Assembly (NCBI GenBank): GCA_947475205.1
Contig: CANJNG010000002.1
Coordinates: forward strand, 8,526-72,525
DNA length: 64,000 nt
From: Bacteroidota bacterium
GTDB lineage: Bacteria > Bacteroidota > Bacteroidia > JAIBAJ01
Direction of reading: 5' to 3'
Shown here: positions 59,245-64,000 of the stretch, one piece after another
Layout: the number at the start of each line of letters is the position of its first letter
How positions within the stretch are numbered: the stretch's first letter is position 1
Notes under the pieces: generated by a model
Told to the model about the DNA's origin: nothing
Databases searched by the model: none
Seen by the model: the letters and a program-made list of their open reading frames with translations, nothing else
Made by a program: the position numbers and the translations under genes

Positions 59245-60360
59245 ATGAAACACCTAATAATTATCTCAACTCTCTTCCTCGTTGCTTGTGGCGGCGGTCA
59301 AGAACAGGACAAAGCAAAACGCTTGGAACAGCTTAAGGCCGACCAAGCAAAAATCAACACCGAAATCCGTACCCTCGAAGCCGAATTGGTGAAGGAAGGC
59401 AAAGGCAACAAGGATAAGCTCCGCGATGTGGTTGTTACTCCTGTGGCTACTGGTAAGTTTGTCCACTACATCGAAATTCAAGGGAAGGTGGAAGCTGACC
59501 AAAACGTGACGGTTACCGCTAAAATGCCTGGCACAGTTACGAAGGTGAGTGCTGAAGTGGGTCAGGAAGTACGTGCGGGACAGGTGCTTGCTGAAATGGA
59601 TAAAGAAGCCATTTCAAAAGGAATTGACGAACTGAAACAACAAATGGTATTTGTGACCGACGTGTATAACCGTCAGCAAAACCTTTGGAACCAAAAAATA
59701 GGTTCTGAGATTCAATACCTCACTGCCAAAAACAACAAAGAGGCCTTAGAGAAAAAGCTTATCACCCTGAATGAACAACAGGACATGGCTTTGATTAAAT
59801 CGCCTATCAGTGGAGTGATTGATGAAGTATATGCAAAGGTAGGCCAACCCGCAGCACCGGGAGCTCCTTCATTCCGTGTGGTGAACTTCAGCGATTTGAA
59901 AGCCCGTGCCGAAGTAGCCGAAATCAATGCTTCAAAAGTGAAGAAAGGCAATCCTGTTCAGGTGAATTTCCCCGATTTAAACGACAGCACTATGGGAACT
60001 GTAAACTATGCTTCTAAGGTTATAAATCCAATGACCCGCACTTTCTTTGTGGAAGTGCCTTTGAAAAGCGGAAAAGCTGAATACCGCCCAAATTCGGTGG
60101 CTATCCTGAAAGTATCGGACTACACTAACGATAAAGCTATAACAGTTCCAATCCGCTTGGTGCAAAACGCCGAAGACGGAATGTATGTTTTGGTGGCTGA
60201 AGACAAAGGCGGAAAGCTTGTCGCTAGCAAAAAGATTATCACTTTAGGTAACAGCTACAATGGTGTTGCCGAAGTGAAATCAGGGCTTACACTTGGTGAT
60301 AAACTTATCACAGTGGGTTATCAGAACGTAAACATTGGAGATCTCCTAAAAGTGAATTGA
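59245..60360 (+). CDS. Efflux RND transporter periplasmic adaptor (membrane fusion protein)
   Basis: Lipobox LFLVACGGG, coiled-coil hairpin (LEQLKADQAKINTEIRTLEAEL) and beta-barrel/lipoyl-like regions. Confidence 0.8.
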   Translation: MKHLIIISTLFLVACGGGQEQDKAKRLEQLKADQAKINTEIRTLEAELVKEGKGNKDKLRDVVVTPVATGKFVHYIEIQGKVEADQNVTVTAKMPGTVTKVSAEVGQEVRAGQVLAEMDKEAISKGIDELKQQMVFVTDVYNRQQNLWNQKIGSEIQYLTAKNNKEALEKKLITLNEQQDMALIKSPISGVIDEVYAKVGQPAAPGAPSFRVVNFSDLKARAEVAEINASKVKKGNPVQVNFPDLNDSTMGTVNYASKVINPMTRTFFVEVPLKSGKAEYRPNSVAILKVSDYTNDKAITVPIRLVQNAEDGMYVLVAEDKGGKLVASKKIITLGNSYNGVAEVKSGLTLGDKLITVGYQNVNIGDLLKVN

Positions 60361-60388
60361 TAATTGATAATTGACAATTGGCTGCCGC

Positions 60389-60775
60389 ATGAATAAACCG
60401 AATCTAATCAAGGATAATAGTTATGCTTTTGCTATTAGGATAGTGAAACTGCGTAAACATATCGAGGAAACAAAACGAGAATTTGTTCTCAGTAAACAAA
60501 TACTTAGGTCGGGCACTTCTGTGGGAGCTTTAGTAAGAGAATCGGAACAAGCAGAATCGAAAGCCGATTTTATTCACAAATTATCAATTGCCCTTAAAGA
60601 AGCAAACGAAACAGAATATTGGTTACTTCTTATGAGAGATACGGATTATCTTTCTATGGAAGAGTTTAATAGCATTCATCCCGATTGCGGAGAATTGATT
60701 CGATTGCTCACAGCAATTATCAAATCTACTAAAGACAATATCAAAAGAAAACAAACACCAAAAGAGAAAGAATAA
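60389..60775 (+). CDS. Four-helix-bundle protein (family formerly called 23S rRNA intervening-sequence protein)
   Basis: About 128 aa, with SYAFAIRIVKL...ILRSGTSVGALVRESEQAESKADFIHKLSIALKEANETEYWLLL, the characteristic pattern of this family. Flanked by inverted CAATTG-rich repeats. Confidence 0.6.
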   Translation: MNKPNLIKDNSYAFAIRIVKLRKHIEETKREFVLSKQILRSGTSVGALVRESEQAESKADFIHKLSIALKEANETEYWLLLMRDTDYLSMEEFNSIHPDCGELIRLLTAIIKSTKDNIKRKQTPKEKE

Positions 60776-60848
60776 ACCCTGAGTTGCCACTATCAATTGC
60801 TAATTATCCATTGTCAATTGTCAACTGTCAACTGTCAATTCTAAAAAA

Positions 60849-63800
60849 ATGAAAGACAAGAACAAAGAATTTTTTATCAGTAGCTGGAGTATCGACAACA
60901 AAACGAGCATTTTCGTTATTGCCATACTCGTTACGCTCGTAGGGATATTTTCCTACAACAACCTTCCGAAAGAGAACTTCCCAGAGATAGTAGTACCTAC
61001 TATATATGTAAGTACGATATATCCAGGTGCATCTCCAACGGACATTGAAAACTTGGTGAGCAAACCCATCGAGAAAGAGATTAAATCTATTTCGGGTGTG
61101 AAGAAACTCACTAGCACCAGCATTCAGGATTACTCCATGGTGATGGTGGAATTCAATACTGATATGTCGGTTCCTGAAGCTAAGCAAAAGGTGAAAGATG
61201 CGGTGGATAAAGCCCGTCCCGATCTGCCTTCCGACTTGCCCAAAGAACCTAATGTGGTGGAGGTTGACTTCTCTGAAATGCCGATTATGTATATCAACAT
61301 TTCAGGAGATTTCGATTTGAAAAAACTTAAAGACTACGCCGAACTGATTCAAGACCGTGTGGAGGGGCTGAAAGAAATTACCCGTGTGGATATAGTTGGA
61401 GCCTTAGACAGAGAAATCCAAATCAATGTGGACAAGAACAAGATGGAGGCTGCAAACATTACCCTTCGTGATATTGAAATGGCCGTTGCCTATGAAAACA
61501 TGACTATTTCTGGCGGGATGGTGAAAGACAATGGTGCCACTCGGAGTATCTCAGTAAAAGGAGATTTCAAAAGTGTGGACGAAATTGCCAACATTACTCT
61601 TAGGAGTATGAGCGGTGCAACCATTTTTCTAAAGGATATTGCCGAAGTGAAAGATGGTTTCAAGGATAAAGAAAGCTATGCACGTTTGGCTCACAAGAAC
61701 GTAATCACGCTTAACGTAGTGAAACGCAGCGGTGAAAACCTTATTGAAGCATCCGACAAAATCCGCGACATCATTGCTGATTTACATGAAACTAAATTTC
61801 CGAAAGACCTTAAAATCACCTTAACAGGCGACCAAAGCGATCAAACCCGATTAACACTTCATGACCTTATCAACACTATCGTTATTGGATTTATTTTGGT
61901 AACCATTGTATTGATGTTCTTTATGGGAACCACAAATGCCATATTCGTGGCCATGAGCGTTCCCTTGAGTATGTGTTTGGCCTTTATGGTGATGCCGAGC
62001 ATTGGCTTTACGCTGAATATGATGGTGCTTTTCTCCTTCCTGCTGGCCTTAGGGATAGTGGTGGACGATGCCATTGTGGTAATCGAAAACACCCACCGGC
62101 TTTTCCAAAACGGGAAAGTCAGCATTGTGGATGCCGCCAAGCACGCCACCGGTGAGGTATTCCTTCCCGTACTTTCAGGAACATTTACCACCCTTGCACC
62201 CTTTATTCCTTTGGCGTTCTGGGGCGGTATTATGGGTAAGTTTATGTTCTTCCTTCCCATTACCTTAATTATTACACTTATTGCATCTTTGGTGGTGGCT
62301 TATACCATCAGCCCGGTGTTTGCGGTTATGTTTATGAAACCTCACGTAGAAGGTCATGAGCAAGACAGCGAAGAAAAAGCCCGTGGACGTAAGAGTTTCA
62401 TTGTGGCCACTATCATCTTCTTGGCTGTTGCTGCAATACTATATATAGGCGGGAACTTCGGTGCGGGGAACTTCACCCTTACCATGTTTGTGTTGTTCCT
62501 TTTGAATAAATATGTATTCACGGGAATCATCCAAAACTTCCAAACCAAAGTGTGGCCTAAGTTCCAAAATGCTTATCAAAAATTCATTACTTGGGCTTTA
62601 GAAGGCTGGAAACCTGTATTGCTGATGGTGTTCACAATCTTCCTGCTTATCTTCTCGGTTGTGATTACTGCCGTACGTCAGCCTAAGGTGGTACTGTTCC
62701 CCAAGGCTGACCCTAACTTTCTTTATGTGTTTGTGAATTTGCCTATTGGAACCGATGTTGCCTACACCGACAGCATCACGAAGATTGTAGAAGAACGGGT
62801 TTATAAAGTGTTTGGCGAAAACAATCCGATGGTGTCGAGCATTATCAGCAATGTTGCCATTGGTGCAACCGACCCAAGCGACCAAGACCGAAGCATTGCC
62901 CCGCAAAAGGGTAAAGTGGGCGTTTCTTTTGTACAGTTTGCAAAAAGAAACGGCGAAAGCACAGCTCCTTATTTGGATAAAATCAGGGAAGCGGTAAAAG
63001 GAATTCCGGGAACTGAAATAACAGTTGACCAAGAACGTAACGGCCCGCCAGTGGGTAAACCTGTAAACATTGAGATTGCCGGCGACGATTATGTGGAACT
63101 TATCAAAACTTCGAAGGCTATAAAAAGCTATTTAGATAGTCTGCGTGTACCCGGTGTGGAAGAATTGAAAAGCGACCTCGACGACCGTAAACCCGAAATG
63201 GTGGTGGTGGTGGATCGTGCTCGTGCAAACCGCGAAGGCATCAGCACTGCTCAGATTGGTGGCGAACTTCGGAACGCTATTTACGGAAAAGAAGTGTCGA
63301 AATTTAAAGATGCGAACGATGAGTACCCCATTATGGTGCGTTACCAAAAGGACGAACGCGATAATATTGACCGCATCATGCAGTTGAAAATCACTTACCG
63401 CGACTTCAATATGGGTGGTATGATTCGTCAGATTCCGTTGTCGTCAGTGGCTTCGGTGAAGTATGATAACAGCTATGGAAGTATCCGCCGTAAAAACCAA
63501 AAGAGGGTGATTACCCTAAGTAGTAATGTACTTGGTAACGCAAATCCGAATGAAGTGGTGGCAGCCGTTACGGCAGCTATCGGCAACTTTCCTTTGCCGC
63601 CCGAAGTAACGGTGAGCATGACAGGCGAACAAGAACAGCAAGCTGAAACGTCTACTTTCTTAGGCCGTGCACTGCTTATTTCTATCGGAATTATTGTATT
63701 GACCTTGGTAGCTCAGTTCAACAGCATCAGCAAAATGGTATTGATTATCTCCGAGATATTCCTTTCCATCATTGGTGTATTGCTTGGCTTTGCCATCTTC

Positions 63801-64000
63801 GGTATGGATATATCGGTACTAATGACCGGTGTGGGCATTGTAGCCCTTGCTGGTATTGTTGTAAGAAACGGTATATTGCTGGTGGAGTTCACCGATGTGC
63901 TGATGGAAGAAGGCTACGAATTGAAAGCCGCCATCATCGAAGCCGGAAGAACGCGGATGACGCCGGTACTTCTGACGGCTACGGCTACAATCTTAGGTAT
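60849..64000 (+). CDS. Efflux RND transporter permease subunit (AcrB/HAE1-like), partial; continues beyond window end
   Basis: N-terminal SSWSIDNKTSIFVIAILVTLVGIFSYNNLPKENFPEI and 12-TM/large-periplasmic-loop organisation. The open frame reaches 64000 without a stop. Confidence 0.85.
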   Translation, partial: MKDKNKEFFISSWSIDNKTSIFVIAILVTLVGIFSYNNLPKENFPEIVVPTIYVSTIYPGASPTDIENLVSKPIEKEIKSISGVKKLTSTSIQDYSMVMVEFNTDMSVPEAKQKVKDAVDKARPDLPSDLPKEPNVVEVDFSEMPIMYINISGDFDLKKLKDYAELIQDRVEGLKEITRVDIVGALDREIQINVDKNKMEAANITLRDIEMAVAYENMTISGGMVKDNGATRSISVKGDFKSVDEIANITLRSMSGATIFLKDIAEVKDGFKDKESYARLAHKNVITLNVVKRSGENLIEASDKIRDIIADLHETKFPKDLKITLTGDQSDQTRLTLHDLINTIVIGFILVTIVLMFFMGTTNAIFVAMSVPLSMCLAFMVMPSIGFTLNMMVLFSFLLALGIVVDDAIVVIENTHRLFQNGKVSIVDAAKHATGEVFLPVLSGTFTTLAPFIPLAFWGGIMGKFMFFLPITLIITLIASLVVAYTISPVFAVMFMKPHVEGHEQDSEEKARGRKSFIVATIIFLAVAAILYIGGNFGAGNFTLTMFVLFLLNKYVFTGIIQNFQTKVWPKFQNAYQKFITWALEGWKPVLLMVFTIFLLIFSVVITAVRQPKVVLFPKADPNFLYVFVNLPIGTDVAYTDSITKIVEERVYKVFGENNPMVSSIISNVAIGATDPSDQDRSIAPQKGKVGVSFVQFAKRNGESTAPYLDKIREAVKGIPGTEITVDQERNGPPVGKPVNIEIAGDDYVELIKTSKAIKSYLDSLRVPGVEELKSDLDDRKPEMVVVVDRARANREGISTAQIGGELRNAIYGKEVSKFKDANDEYPIMVRYQKDERDNIDRIMQLKITYRDFNMGGMIRQIPLSSVASVKYDNSYGSIRRKNQKRVITLSSNVLGNANPNEVVAAVTAAIGNFPLPPEVTVSMTGEQEQQAETSTFLGRALLISIGIIVLTLVAQFNSISKMVLIISEIFLSIIGVLLGFAIFGMDISVLMTGVGIVALAGIVVRNGILLVEFTDVLMEEGYELKAAIIEAGRTRMTPVLLTATATILG

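Overview
The window looks like a Bacteroidetes chromosomal segment. Type IX secretion C-terminal sorting domains, TAnnTTTG-type -7 promoter boxes and AT-rich intergenic DNA support this. No rRNA, CRISPR array, transposase or integrase was seen. Most of the window is housekeeping and transport: a partial M43 metzincin at the left edge, a SulP anion transporter with a beta carbonic anhydrase, miaA, rseP, hutU, gltX, preA, an aldehyde dehydrogenase, tRNA-Asn(GUU), the rplM-rpsI-rpsB-tsf-pyrH-prmC block, rpmB, a fused FadB-like enzyme, and a TetR-regulated TolC/MFP/RND efflux operon that runs off the right edge. The least ordinary stretch is about 10.6 to 17.1 kb. It holds a large fused Type IIG (MmeI-like) endonuclease-methyltransferase, translationally coupled (ATGA overlap) to a roughly 190-codon frame that is interrupted by one in-frame TGA. 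Next to these sit a small membrane protein gene, a nearly perfect 21-bp tandem array (13 full units plus a partial one) with phased A-tracts and CYATRG palindromes, and two orphan hypothetical genes separated by a recurring palindromic element. A second notable unit is a tight four-gene cluster at 6440-10639: a PhnX-like HAD hydrolase, a polytopic membrane protein, an MDR dehydrogenase and a DAO-family FAD oxidoreductase. It resembles the proposed aminophosphonate-degradation gene neighbourhoods. Other observations are a VapC-like PIN gene with a putative partner overlapping miaA, a Fic protein behind two tandem palindromes, a four-helix-bundle gene flanked by inverted CAATTG-rich repeats inside the efflux operon, a family of hairpin elements sharing a CCATCNGGCGGYWGC core, two GC-rich structured intergenic segments that could be ncRNAs, and a compositionally anomalous XRE regulator locus next to hutU. 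All functional calls rest on motifs I could read in the translated ORFs. None has been checked against a database.
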